Shown piece by piece: positions 51,651 to 64,000 of a DNA stretch of 64,000 bases. A program made the translations under genes and the position numbers. The notes below the pieces were generated by a model that worked only from the letters and a program-made list of their open reading frames with translations, ran no database searches and was not told the DNA's origin. The first letter of the stretch is position 1. Every line of letters starts with the position of its first letter. The DNA comes from Callorhinchus milii (lineage: Eukaryota): NCBI RefSeq assembly GCF_018977255.1, contig NW_024704742.1, positions 127,474,001-127,538,000 on the forward strand. The letters are read 5' to 3'.

Positions 51651-53114
51651 AACTCTTCTCTTTTGGAATCGTGTCACGGGATCTTTAACATTCATTGCAA
51701 CAGATGCACAAGATCTTGATTTAACTCCAACAGTGCAATGCACTCCCAGCACCAAATCAGAGAGAAGGCCAAGATTATAAGCTCAAAGTCCAAACATGGG
51801 AATTGAACTCACTCAGAGGCGAGAGTGCTACCACCTGAGCTAGGGTAACAAAGGTTATGACTGTCATAACAGATTACAGTATCTATCTTCCCTTTGGAAC
51901 CTTATCTTTCTATTTCATTACCATTGCAAGACGATTAACACTAACAGTACAATGATTTACTACCTCTGTAGACAGTTAAGCTTAGACCCTTTTGAAGATA
52001 TCTCAACCTATTAGGTACTTATATGCATTTTATTCCCCATTAACACACTTAAAGACATATCAGTTTTTATCCCTTGAGAGTAATTTGTCTATCATGTTAC
52101 TCCGACTTCCCAGTAGTAAAAATCCTATCCTACTGTATTTGTGTGTTCCAGTAGTCTGCAAGTACATGGCACTGTATGAACTTCTACTCTCTATTACAAA
52201 TACAAAATAACATTTGTAAACATTTGTTAAGCACCTTTCATGTTGGGAGGGCATCCCAAGGTGAATCAGAATGTTTTTTTATCCAAAATCTTCCTTAAGG
52301 TCACACAGTTAAATCTGCTTGCTTTGCTTGTTCGGTTTTGCTGTCCTTCTAAATCCCAATGACTTGTTATCATATTAGAAATGAGTTTTGTTGTGGAGCT
52401 GAAGTGTCATGCACTATACTGAAGCAATGATGGTCCTAACTAACCTACTCTTTCATAAGTTTCTTCTTCAACTTCTCTATTTTATTTTGCCACACATATC
52501 AGTCAAATAATTATGTCCAAATTATTTAACGGCTATTGGTCTGCATTAAAATAAAGTTACTGCACCTATACTAAACCATAATATCTCCTGCTGCTCTTTC
52601 CTTGTCTCAATTACTTATGACCTACCAGTACTCAAGACTGAGTGATTCCACTTTAGAGTGCCTGGATTGTCATCCTAACTCCTAGTCTTATCAACAATTA
52701 TTCTAGAGGAATCATATTGCTACATCCTGTTTATTTCCAGATCCTCTTCCTCTCCTCCCCCACCACCAACAGTTCCCTGGATAACTGTCAACATGGGATA
52801 AATGTTAGCAGTGACATTGAAGATTGGCACAAGTGACAGATATTGTAAACACGTTCTAAATGTATGCAGTTTTGCTTTTATTAAGAGTGACGTACATCAG
52901 AATTGGTTACATTTTCAAATGAATATAAATGATAAAAGAGTATCACTGCAAATGAATGACATTTGGCAGGTGTATACCTGCAACCTTATTTTTTATGCAC
53001 TTTATCAACTGACATTCTCTGTGATCTCCTTTTGATGTGCTTTAACTGTCACTATTTCCGAACCACTGAGCCCTCTTTAAAACCGAGTTTCACACTTCTC
53101 TTTTCCTCTAGTGT

Positions 53115-53442
53115 ATTGGTTAGAGCACTCGCCTCACAAGCGATACAGAGGGGGGCCTTGGGCAGCTTTCCTTGCTCCACACACACTCCTCTGTTTACCT
53201 CCCGGTAAGTTGGAACCCCTTTGTTACATGATTGGCGGATCGCTTTTCCGGCGGTAATAATCCCCTCAAAAAAAAAAGAATTTGGTCACTCAATCCATGA
53301 CTGTCTGTGGGCATTGCTGTGCACAATTAGCTGCCGCATTTTTCCCATAAAACACGCACTCACTGCTATTTACAGTATAAAGTGCTTTGAGACATCTCGA
53401 CGACATGATAGGCACAAAATCCAATGCAAGGATTATTATTAT
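53115..53442 (+). mobile_element. tRNA-derived SINE, long (ancestral-type) form
   Basis: Same family, plus an extra internal CTCTGTTTACC...GATTGGCGGATCGCTTT segment. Confidence 0.75.
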
Positions 53443-54411
53443 GATGCTGTAATGTGGTGGGTATTCTGGAAGGACAAAATCAAATGGGCTGAAGAGTTTT
53501 CTTCACCAGGGTTTCTTTTGTGATCTTGTGAACTCTCTGATGGTATTAAATCCCTTACGTAAACCATATTTGACTTTTTTGTCCTACACGTCCTCTGGTA
53601 TTTTAGTCCAATTTAACCTACAACTAAAACTCTCAGTTCTATTTAATCTGGAATTAAACAGTAGTCAGTACTTCCCTTTCCCTCTCTTCCACTCCATCAT
53701 ACACTATAATTTTCAGGTTTTCCAGTCTAGTTTTGATAAGTACCAGTCACATTCTCTTTGAATGAGGGAAAAAGTGTGAACTCATTTACTATACAATCAA
53801 CAAAATACAGTGCTTTCCAAAGAGTTATTGTGTGGTGTAATTGTGCTCACTGAACTATATGTCCGATGCCAAACACTAAGGCTAAATTCAGAAATATAGG
53901 TTACTAGTGTTGTGCCACCTTGTGGTAAATATATGTAATAGGTTGCAAGAAAGTTACTCTCAGAAGAATATATTTTTCAGAAGTCCAAAACTAATCTGGA
54001 CTTTAAATCAGTTCACAGATGGAAGATCATGATCCAGATTCAGAACTTGAAGCCTCATTTGTCTGGACTGCGGAAAGAAAATAGCTTGAACCCACTTTTC
54101 TGTGTATTAACAGACCCAGATGTTTTGGTGCTGTGGGATGAAATCAAATGGACCAAGGAACCTTCTTCGTCTTAACCTCCCTTGTGATCTTGTTATCAAA
54201 ATTTATACTTTGCTCACAAATACATGTTTCTAATTGGATGAAGTGGGAGGAACTTGGATGAGGCACAGAGTAATTTGTATCTGTGCAGTCATTGGAACCT
54301 GAACAGCAACAGGGAAGACAGGTACTGGACCAAGCAAGCCAAAAAATGATTGGAAGATAAATTTGAATTCAATAGTTTCTTTAATGGGACTGACAGAGTC
54401 ACAGCCACTGA

Positions 54412-54935
54412 TTTTTTTTTGTCAGCCAGGTGTCTGATACATACAGAAACCCATCACCATGCTTAAGAGTATCCAAACTAAAAATTCCATGCTTCCCACT
54501 TACACATGGAAATTCCAGAGATAGCTTTGGAATGGAATTGTGCACTCTCTTCCTGGAGGGACGTATCCTGGTTACAAATTCCAGAAAATATTAGGCACAG
54601 GACGGCAAGAGTCAAGGCTTGGGGTCGCGAGAGCATGCATTGGGGTAACTGCTGGAGTCTAACCAGCTAAAACCGAAAAACATGCCATTGATATTGCTGT
54701 TTGGCAAGCTTTCTCACTGCTTGTCCAGCTAGGACCACCCTACCCATTATGGCTTTGCTTTGCAGGGTTAACAAGAGCTGAGTGGAAGGATTCCCTGCCT
54801 CCAGTGACTGGTCTGCCCTTCCAAGGCCTGCTGATGAGCAGGTTGGATATTCCAACAACGCTCTGGAATACTGGGGATCCACCTGGCTCAGGAACGAGAT
54901 TACCGAGACCGCCACAGAGGGCTGGCTTGATTCCG
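54412..54935 (-). mobile_element. 3' UTR of an old non-LTR retrotransposon family (A-tailed)
   Basis: Reverse complement aligns by eye with 57742-58212; ends TCAGACACCTGGCTGAC(A)9. Confidence 0.7.
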
Positions 54936-55784
54936 ACCACCACAGTCAGAAAGAATAGAGTCGCAATAAAGAAGAGAGGCCAAGTAGTAGAAGTTTTAAG
55001 GCTCAGAGTCACTAGCTGCAAAATTCAATTTGTTGTTATTGTAGTCCGAGGGAGGTAGAGGATGAGATAGTGAGGGCATTGACTGGATAGCAATGCAAAA
55101 TGAATGAAGGGTTGAAGAGCATTTAAAGTGGAAATGGTCAAATGACCAAATGAAGAGAGTTCAGCAAGAGCAACGGTGGAGAGAGAACAATGATTACCAA
55201 AGGATATAGGTTCGATATAAAAAATAGTGAGCAAAGGAAGCGGGTGAGGGAAACAACCGAGTGAATCAATAAGGTTGGAAGACTTAATTAATTAAACAAT
55301 TGTTTGACAAAGGAAACTTAACCATGGTTTTGATATAAGTAACCCTAGGAACATTGGAAGCAGGAACAGAAAACACCAATTCAATCCATTGACACTAAAG
55401 GCACAATATCAAATGCAAGTATTATTATTGTTAACATGTTTTCCCTCAATGAATCATTGCTCAAGGATCTCAAGGGTCAAAGATACAAAAGAGATATCAT
55501 TCAAATTTCTTTGACTGTGACAATGTTTGAGATGGCATCAACTCTCCGAGCACCTGTTCAGTCAGGGCTAGCAGATTTTTAAAAAGGTGAAAGATGAGGA
55601 AAAGACTGGCAGATCTTAATGGCAGCAGTGCATAATTTCACATTAATTTGTATTTGTTAATGTACATTATCATGTTATAGAACTCAATGAACTCGTAGAT
55701 TTGAACAATAGCTGCTATTTTTTGATTTAGTGTCATATTTTGCTGCTGACTGTAAAATAAGATGATGATTTGTGAGAATTGCAA

Positions 55785-56020
55785 TCAACAACTTACATTT
55801 ATATAGTGCCCTTCACACAGGGTAGTGTCCAAGAGAGTTGGTGGTGGAGCACGACTCTGAGCTGGAAGGAGGTGACTGTAGGTCCAGTTGAAGAGGAAGG
55901 GCTTCAGGCTCGACCTGAAGATAGAGAAGGAAGAGTCAAGGTGGAGGGATAGAGAAAGAGTGTTCCAGAGTTTCAGGGCGTAGTGGCTGAAAGCGTGGCC
56001 ACCAATGGCGGAACGGAGTT
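55785..56020 (-). mobile_element. L2 LINE 3' fragment (another at ~56860-57070)
   Basis: L2 tail and APKLWN-encoding segment on the minus strand. Confidence 0.7.
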
Positions 56021-56322
56021 AATTTCTTTTGTACGGTCACTGTGGCTGGTCAGTTACAACCAGAACACAGTTTATTTCATATATAATAATAATCTTTGCA
56101 TTTGATATAGCGCCTTATCATGTTATCAAGACGCCTCAAAGCGCATCACAGAATACATATTAATGTCCTTAACTCAACGTTTTTAAACTGTTCCTTATAG
56201 CCCCATAAATACTGGGACGATTGATTCTATCATGCCATCCACTCTATTAACAACAAATAAATTTTATGAAAGAAGCTTTATCAATAATATTAATAATAAT
56301 CCTTGGATTTGATATAGCGCCT

Positions 56323-56644
56323 TAATAATAATAATAATAATCCTTGCATTTGATATAGCGGTTTTCACGTCGGGAGGACATCCCAAAGCGCTTCACAGAA
56401 CACACTGTAAAGTGAATTGACTGTATATTTGTGGGCGAATGCGGCAGCCAATTGCGCACAGCAATGTCCCACAAACAGTCGTAGATTGAAAATGACCAAT
56501 TTATTATTGTTTTTGGTTTTGGAGGGATTATTATTAGGCGTGTGGAGTAAGGAAACTTGCCCAAGGTTTCGCCCTGCCTGGAATTGAACTCAGGTCTCTC
56601 GCTTGCAAAGCGAGTGCTCTAACCACTGAGCTACAGGACTCCAC
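56323..56644 (-). mobile_element. tRNA-derived SINE, full length; extra tail fragments at ~56086-56155 and ~56291-56322
   Basis: Near-identical to the other young copies. Confidence 0.92.
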
Positions 56645-57344
56645 ATACTCATCTCACATGCAATGCCATGGCTTAAGCACTGGCCAAGTCTATTTGGGAA
56701 ACATAGATTGCAATCAGAAGTGTGATATGAGGCTGATAACTCAAGTGTAAAAGGATGATTGCTATAAATTTGAGCTTCAATACAATTTTCTTTATAAGCA
56801 ATGGGGTAAAAATTATGTCACATTTGCAATAAAGATTGTTGAGCCAGCTGATAACAGGTCGTAGGAGGACATAGAGGCAGGGAGGTGCCAGAGAGTGAAG
56901 GGATTTGAACACGAGTGTGAGGATCTTGAAGTTGATCCGTTCGGTTGATGGGGAGCCAGTGGAGGCTGACCAGAACTGGTGAAATGTAGCTACGGAATTT
57001 GGTCTGGGTAAGTATGCACCCGGCAGTTCTGAATGAGCTGGATCTTTTGAATAGTGGAGCTGGGGAGATCTTTTGAATAGTTGAGCTGGGAAACTAATAA
57101 TTTGTATGTTGAGCTAAACCATTTTTTTTTATCAGTCTGTTACACAAGGAAATCCATCGCCATGCATAGGAGTATCCAAACCAGATTGAGAGTTCCATAT
57201 AGGAATGCCACTCACATATTGAAATTTTCTTGTGCCCGGAATGGAACTGCAATCTCTTCCTGGAGGGACACATAATGTTTCCTAATTCTAGAGAGTTTTT
57301 TCCGCAGGTCGGCATGAGCCAAGGTTTTAGGTACACCAGAGTGT

Positions 57345-58217
57345 GGTTGAAATGAGCTACAGCAGTATTCCAGAAGGGATGCCACTCTGTAAGCTAGCAA
57401 GTCGAATAGCTTTGCTCCCAGCCATTGTGATGGAATTAGACACTGCAGCCAGTCTTGTTATTGAGTAGCTCAATGGAAAGGGATGCGTGTTCCAAGCTGT
57501 GGACAGGAAGATGGTGGCAATCTTCTTACGCATTTCATGCTGAGTTGCATTGCCCACCAAGAAGCTCGCAGGGAGGTCATGGTATCCGCCATCCACTTAG
57601 TAAGGGCTCAACCTCGCACTTGTCAGATGTCAACTGACCGTCTAGTGACTATTCTCGGGGTGGGAGGGGTCGGAGGAAGAGGTACGGGGTCTCCTTCAAG
57701 CTGAACGGGCACCAGCGTGACATGTTTGGGAATAGATTGTTGGAATCAAGCCCATCCTCTGTGTGGTAGTCCAGTTCCTAAACCCGCCGGTTCCGCAATA
57801 CTCCAGGCTGGCTTTTGGTAGGACTTGGAAGAGTAGAACAGTCACTGGGGACAGGGACTCTTCTTACTCACCTCTGTTAACTCTGCAAGCCAAAGCCCTA
57901 ACAGGTAGGGCGGTCCTAGCTAGTGGGAAAGCTTGTCAGGCAGTGATCTCAATGGTAAACTATGTAGTTTAAATGGTTAGACTTCAACACACACTCTCGG
58001 GACGTCAAGCCTTGGCTTTTGCCAACTTATGCCTAATACTTTCCGGAATTAGGTAAGCAGGATGTGTCCCTTCAGGGAGAGCCTGCACATTTCATTTCAA
58101 TAAACCTATCTGGAATTTCCATGTGCAAGTGGGATACAAGGAATTCTCAGTTTGGTTTGGATGCTCTTAAGTATGGTGCTGGGTTTCTACGTGTGTCAGA
58201 CACCCGGCTGACCAAAA
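57345..58217 (+). mobile_element. Old non-LTR retrotransposon 3' end with CCHC zinc knuckle (RTEX-like?)
   Basis: C(fs)PSCGQEDGGNLLTHFMLSC...R at 57488-57570, then a ~500-nt 3' UTR ending TCAGACACCCGGCTGAC. Confidence 0.6.
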
Positions 58218-59051
58218 CACAACATGGTGATTATCATCCATGAACAAAACACATTGCACCTCACAATTTTACCTCTCTATTACTAACAGACTGAATACAA
58301 GAATCATTTAACATAAATAAATACAAATTCACATTTGACATGTTTAATCTGAAAGAATTTTGCAATATTACAGAAAATATATTTATTAACTTTTTTTTAC
58401 AGCTTGCATTTCACAGAAGCAAACATTCTAAACTGATAAGAGCAATGATCTCACAGGAGATGTCACTCACTCTCCCCACTCTTCACAGTCGTGGAAAGGG
58501 TCCTGAATCCATAAGTGCATTGTTAGAAAGGAATTTATAATCTCTCCAAATAGTTTCATATGGTGAGATATTATGTTATTCACGAACAAATTACAGTAGT
58601 CAAGATTAGACCAATTGGCCCATTGAGCCTACGAGTGCTCGCTCCACCCAATGCAATCTCCCCTCACTCCCACCCTATTGCAATGTCAACTTAGACTGCA
58701 AGTTCAAAATCCTAATGTAGGCCTTGACCCTTTTTTGACTCTGAGGCTAGTGTGCTACCAACAGAGCCAGGCTCACACGACATCTATTTATTGAGAAAGG
58801 GGTTTGAGGCTTTATAGAGACAGTAACAGCTCCAATCGAGCTTCAGAAAGAGAGCATATGTAGAGCGAATTGGGATCATTGGTTATATGATCAATGGTCA
58901 ATGCTTTTTGGCTGGACATACTTGTTAGAAGAATAGTCTTGAATGGACTAAATTGACTTTCTACGTCCTCTTACGCTCTTACGATTTGAGGGGATGCTCA
59001 CCCCCAATATCCTGGCTTTGTTGTAACATGTTCCCTGTTTTTTTGTTTCAG

Positions 59052-59150
59052 GACAGACGCACCGCTCTGCGCCTGGGTGCAGCCCATTCAAAGGATGAAA
59101 TTGTTCAGCTGCTTTTGGCAAAGAAAGTGGACCCCAACCTGACCGGCAGG
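59052..59150 (+). pseudogene. trpn1: Isolated ankyrin-repeat exon, TRPN1/NompC-like (DRRTALRLGAAHSKDEIVQLLLAKKVDPNLTGR); possibly degenerate
   Basis: ttttgtttcag acceptor, AGG|GTACGT donor, 99 nt phase 0-0 = one ankyrin repeat. Resembles, from memory, vertebrate NompC 'DGRTALHIAAAHSKDEIVKLL...DPN.PGG'. No neighbouring exons found in the window. Confidence 0.65.
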
Positions 59151-59944
59151 GTACGTCCACAGTCCACTGCGTGTGTGATGTGTATTGTGTGCTAGCATTT
59201 ACTTCCGAAATACATCAAGATTTATTCCACACCATCCAACAAAACAGGCAAAGTTGTGCAGTGTAATTGTTATGTTTTTGGAAAGGAAACACAAAAATAT
59301 TGCTTATGCGGCCTGCATCAGTTTCTTAAATAGGGCATCCGGCCCTCGGCAGCATGGTCCAAAAGGTTGGACCATCCTGCTTTCAACTATTAGTCCGTTT
59401 TGTGTGTGTGCATGCGTGATGACACTGGGCAACATGTCAGTGATGGAGCCTTGAGCAAGAGTTGTGTGGTTGCAAGTTGACAGCAACTGGGTGGGTGGGT
59501 GGATGGGTGGGGGCATTTGCTGTGCTGAATTTCCTTCCCCCAGCAACTGTTGTGTTTACTGAGAAAACAAATTGTTGAACCCTGCGTTGGAAGAATTTAA
59601 TTAAATATGAACAAAGTCTGAGGAGGTCAAAGGGCGGGTGAATTAGATCGTCAGGTTAGCACTCACACTCAGTTTCTCAGCAGAAGGTGGTTCAGAAATT
59701 GCCTGTATTATGAGTGGTTGTGGGATTCAATGGCTGGACCAAACCGACCGCAGCCACGTGGTTCAGTGACACGACAATAGCTGCCAGTTGACTTCACAAT
59801 GATCTCACAGAAGATGTCAGTTCACTCACTCCCCCTCTTCACTGTACTGATCCCATAAGTGTAATGTTAGGAGCAAATTTGTGACATCTCCAAAGAGTTT
59901 CGTACAATGAGATATTGTGTTATTCATGTATAAATTACAGTACA

Positions 59945-60520
59945 GCGCCCCTCAAAATGCCTCCAATTCTATTCATCAACCTCCGCTACTCAACCTGTCC
60001 TTCTCACCCACCATCCACTTCCCTCTCTCTTCTGCATTCTTCCACTGCCTCCCTCTGGGTGTCCCAGAGGAGCTCTCCTGACTACTTCATCACCCACTCT
60101 CTCCACCAGACCCCCCCTGCCTCCAGAAGGCAACCCCCTTTCCCTCATCTACATCTGCTCCCTTCCCAACTCTCTTCCCCCTCGAACTCCATAGTCACTT
60201 TCCCGCCACAATTTGCAACCCTCCCAAACCCTTCCTCCTCTCAGCCCCTCAACTCTCTCCCATCAGTGCCACTACTTGCATCAGCCTCCAAAACATCCCT
60301 GCGCTCTCAATCAAAGCCCTTGCCATCCACAACCTCATCCTGGATGAGCATATTGACATCCTAGGGTTCACAGAAGCCTGGCTGTTCCCTTGATGACCCC
60401 ATCCCCTCATCGAAGCCTTTCCCCCTGGATACATTTTCCACCACACTCCCCGCCCCAACTGTCGTGGCGGTGGGGTGGCCCTCATCTCTCAAACCTCCCT
60501 TGGTCTATCCCCCTCTCTGG
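59945..60520 (+). mobile_element. L2 LINE ORF2 N-terminal (APE endonuclease) fragment
   Basis: IDILGFTEAWL...PPGYIFHHTPRPNCRGGGVALI, with stops and frameshifts. Confidence 0.8.
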
Positions 60521-60923
60521 CTGTTTCCCTCCCTCTGGGAGGTCAGCAAATTTATGGTTGTAATATCAGGCTCGCTCAAAATAAATCACAACTTTGAGTA
60601 CTTTAATGTTATCATTTAGATTCTTTTGAGACTCTTAGCAATGCAGTCAATGATCTGTGCTTCACACAATCTGACTCAGATTTACTTCGGATCAAATTCC
60701 AAATGAATAAAATAAAGGGCTGGAATTCCTCTGCCTTGACCGTAATTTTTTTAAAAAAAAGAACTGTTTTTGAATATTATCACTTTATTTTCCAAAGCTT
60801 TTGAACAATGAGTCAACATACATGAGCTCAAGTTGATTATAGTTTCTGTGAACTATATACAAATGTAAGAGCCATGTTTATAAGAATAAGAATTCCATTC
60901 AGTGTTACGGTATAGTCTTTGGT

Positions 60924-61240
60924 GTGGAGTCCGGTAGCTCAGTGGTTAGAGCACTCGCCTTGCAAGCGAGACACCTGAGTTCAATTCCAGGCAGGGCGAA
61001 ACCTTGGGCAAGTTTCCTTACTCCACACACCTAATAATAATCCCTCCAAAACAAAACAATATTAAATTGGTCATTTTCAATCCGCGACTGTTTGTGGGAC
61101 ACTGCTGTGCGCAATTGGCTGCCGTGTTTCGCCCACAAATATGCAGTTAATTCACTTTACAGTATATTCTGTGAAATGCTTTGAGATGTCGAGAAGACGT
61201 AAAAAGCGCTGTATCAAATGCAAGAATTATTATTATTATT
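60924..61240 (+). mobile_element. tRNA-derived SINE, full length, with ~15-bp TSD
   Basis: Flanked by TATAGTCTTTGGTGT (60911-60925) and TATAGCCTTTAGTGT (61240-61254). Confidence 0.92.
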
Positions 61241-61502
61241 ATAGCCTTTAGTGTCACCAGCCACTACTGGGATTTCCTCTTATAGTCATGCATTGCCAAA
61301 GGCTCTGTGCATAATGCTGAAAGCAATTTTTACTCATTTATGATTTCTGGTGGACTTCATGGGGCGCAATGGAGAGAGAGGCAGATTAATCTGTGACCGT
61401 CTTCTCTAGGGAGCAGGTTAGTTGGGATTAATGAGGGCAAACCTATCTAAGAAGTACAATTTACTCTTGATGTGTCAATTTTAAAGATTACTTTCAGTGT
61501 TT

Positions 61503-61802
61503 AATAATAATAACACTTGCATATAGCACCTTATCACATCATTGAGACTTCTTAAAGTGCTTCGCAGAAAATTCTGCAAAGTGAATTCACTGTATAATTT
61601 GTGGGTGAAATACGGCAGCCAAATGTGCACAAGTGTCCTACAAACAGTTGTGGATTGTGTGACTATATTATTATCATTTTTAGAAAAAGGATTATTATCC
61701 TAAGAAAGCGATCCCTCAATCGACTAACAACTGGGTTCCTACTTACTGCTAGGTAAACAGAGGTGCTTGGAGTAAGGAAACTTGCCTGAGGTTTTGCCCT
61801 GC
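61503..61802 (-). mobile_element. tRNA-derived SINE, long form, 5'-truncated
   Basis: Contains the extra internal segment seen at 53115 and 28581. Confidence 0.7.
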
Positions 61803-64000
61803 CATGAGGTAGCTTGGGGTGCCAGAGATGAAAAAGGCCTGGCATCTTGCATGTGAAATGTGTGATTTTTAACTGGCTGGTTACTAGTGGAAAACCTAGA
61901 GACTGTCAAACAGATTGCCTGCCAATGTTCCTTTGATATTTTGCATTCCAATGGGCTCCCAGGCTCAATAGGAAACAGCAAACCATAAAATGAGTGATTT
62001 CATGGAGAATCCAACTCAAGTCAGTTTTCCAGGTTTGTCACTAGTGGAGGTCAGATTTTTGACCTCGGGGGAATTTACAAAATAATGGTACTGGAGACAT
62101 TTGAAAATGTTGTTCTTTTTCAGAAAATATTCATGTTGAAGTAGTTTGAAGGGCTGGCAGATCCCTGTTCTGAAAAATGCGAAAATTGGGCAGTTGTCAA
62201 TTAGACTGGGTATTACAATGCGATATATATAAAAAAAACTTGCATTGATATAGTACCTTTCACATTAAGAGGACAGCTCAAAGCATTTCACAAAATTTAC
62301 TGTAAAGTGTAGTGACTGTATCCAAAATCTCACTAACCTTTGAATCCCAGAGGCTGGCAAAAGTTGAAAATGTTGACAGCGCCCTGTTTATGGCATACAT
62401 TATGGATATAAAATATCTAGAAGGTTCCAGCATACAGTTGCTTCGAAGTACCACTTAATTCTGATTCCAAGGTACAGAATCCAAACTTTGAATTAATTTA
62501 CTAAAGTTTTTAGCATCTTTGATCCTATTTGTATAAAAATGACAGAAAGGCCTAGTCAGTTCTCTATCTTCCAGAACACAAACCACATTTTCATTATTGT
62601 CACTGGTGGAATTATTCACAGCTATAAAAAACCCCTCTAAACATTAGATGCCAGTCCTGAAAAAAACAGCAAATATGGTCACCAAAAATTTCTGGATTCC
62701 CAAAGATCAATTCTTCTCTTGTCAGCAATTTAAAGACCTTTGTGATGTGGTTTTATAACGGGACAATCCCATTTTATTTCGAATTGTCAAATTTGGTAAA
62801 TATACCATCATACATAGAATACTTCATGACCATTATCGAGTGCCCGTGCAACTAGTCATTCATACAAACCATGACATAAATAAAATTTTTGCGATTTGTA
62901 GCCAGGGTATTTCACTTCAGAGTACAGTACTTCTCTTTGTTATGTGCTGTGTTCTTTGAAGTTTAACGTTGGTGGAGAACAACTGCTCCTCACAGATTTA
63001 ATGGAATTCTATTAAGAGCAGAGACCTGTAAAGAGACGTATATATAAAGTATGGGCATGCATGAATCATCTGATAACTCAATTTGTATGCTTTCCCAGAC
63101 TTCTGCTTCCTCCCAATCAGAATTTTATGCACTTTCCCTCACCATGAATCCTGCTGCAGGAGGCTCTCACTTTGCTGCAGAGTAATTGACCTTGACAACC
63201 TTGATACTTTGAAATTGCTTTATTTTTACTGTGTTTGTCAGTGAGTGTTTTCATTCCTGTGGAGTTATGCACTTCTATAGAGGGTAGGAATCTGCTATTT
63301 TGTTGTTGTTCATATTTATTTTAACACTTCTGAAGAAAAGAGATGAGAATTTTTTTTGAAAAGTTACTGTGATGGAAATCAACGAGTGACTGTTGAATGA
63401 ACCGCAGTTTGTTATTGCTTGCCAAAACTTTTAATATGAGAATAGATCATTTACCTAAGTTTTGCTTTGTGTAAAGTTGTATGCTGGCACAGTTAGCTAA
63501 AGGAAAGCATCATTGTTTGGTGTGAAGATTGGAGTGTGTGTATGTTGATCAGCTCAGTTGGTAACGCTCTTACCTTTGACTTGAGCTCACAATTTAGACT
63601 GACGTTTCAATGCAGTACTCAGAGATGTCAATTTACTGTGGGTTCAAAGACCCACATTAGGACTTTGAGCTCACAGTCTAGGCTGACATGCCAGTGCAGC
63701 GCTGGAAAGGTGCCATTGTCAGAGGTGCCATGCTTCAAGTGAGATATTAAACAGAGATCCTGTCTGCTTCTTTAAGTGAATGTTAAGGAAAAAAGAAAGG
63801 AGCTTTCCTGGCCAACAATCCTCCAGATAAATTGTTCATTTACTTCATAGCTTTTGTGAGCCAGTTATATGCGAATTGGCTACAATGTTCACCTAGAAAT
63901 AAGTAATCGCTACCCTTTACAAAAATGTTTTGCAGTATGCTTTCACACTCTGAATTTTCTAGACGTTACATCAGATGCAGAGGTTATTATTAATGAACTG

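Noticed and set aside
54830..54870. CTGATGAG as a second hammerhead or C/D-box motif
   Set aside because: No stem II + GAAA arrangement; lies antisense within the LINE 3' UTR copy.
57035..57090. Short tandem repeats (also 9512-9562 and 18321-18362) as array-like structures
   Set aside because: Simple 2-copy slippage duplications with no spacers; eukaryotic DNA, not CRISPR.

Overview
This is repeat-rich vertebrate genomic DNA. The L2 + CR1 + DeuSINE-type tRNA-SINE + Penelope landscape and the urea transporter point to a cartilaginous fish, possibly a holocephalan (inference). One complete gene can be assembled by hand on the minus strand: an SLC14A-family urea transporter with 9 coding exons (27239-27216, 26935-26788, 23316-23127, 20939-20811, 17766-17574, 12339-12192, 7259-7125, 2972-2923, 2628-2479). 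All introns are GT-AG and phase-consistent, giving a 1167-nt CDS and 388 aa. It has a divergent N-terminus and a CpG-island promoter at ~26.6-28.1 kb. The right half has no intact gene that I can see. It does contain an isolated 99-nt ankyrin-repeat exon resembling TRPN1/NompC (59052-59150) with several substitutions at conserved residues, a CpG-retaining promoter-like patch with an RFX X-box (~42.7-44.2 kb), CTCF-like motifs, and many retroelements. The retroelements include a young tRNA-Ala-like SINE sharing its 3' stem-loop with L2 LINEs, a Penelope-like fragment with a hammerhead core and a 14-bp TSD, and an old CCHC-zinc-knuckle LINE family. Most ORFs in the supplied track are spurious or retroelement-derived. 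I found no convincing wholly new biological system; the best leads are listed as findings.
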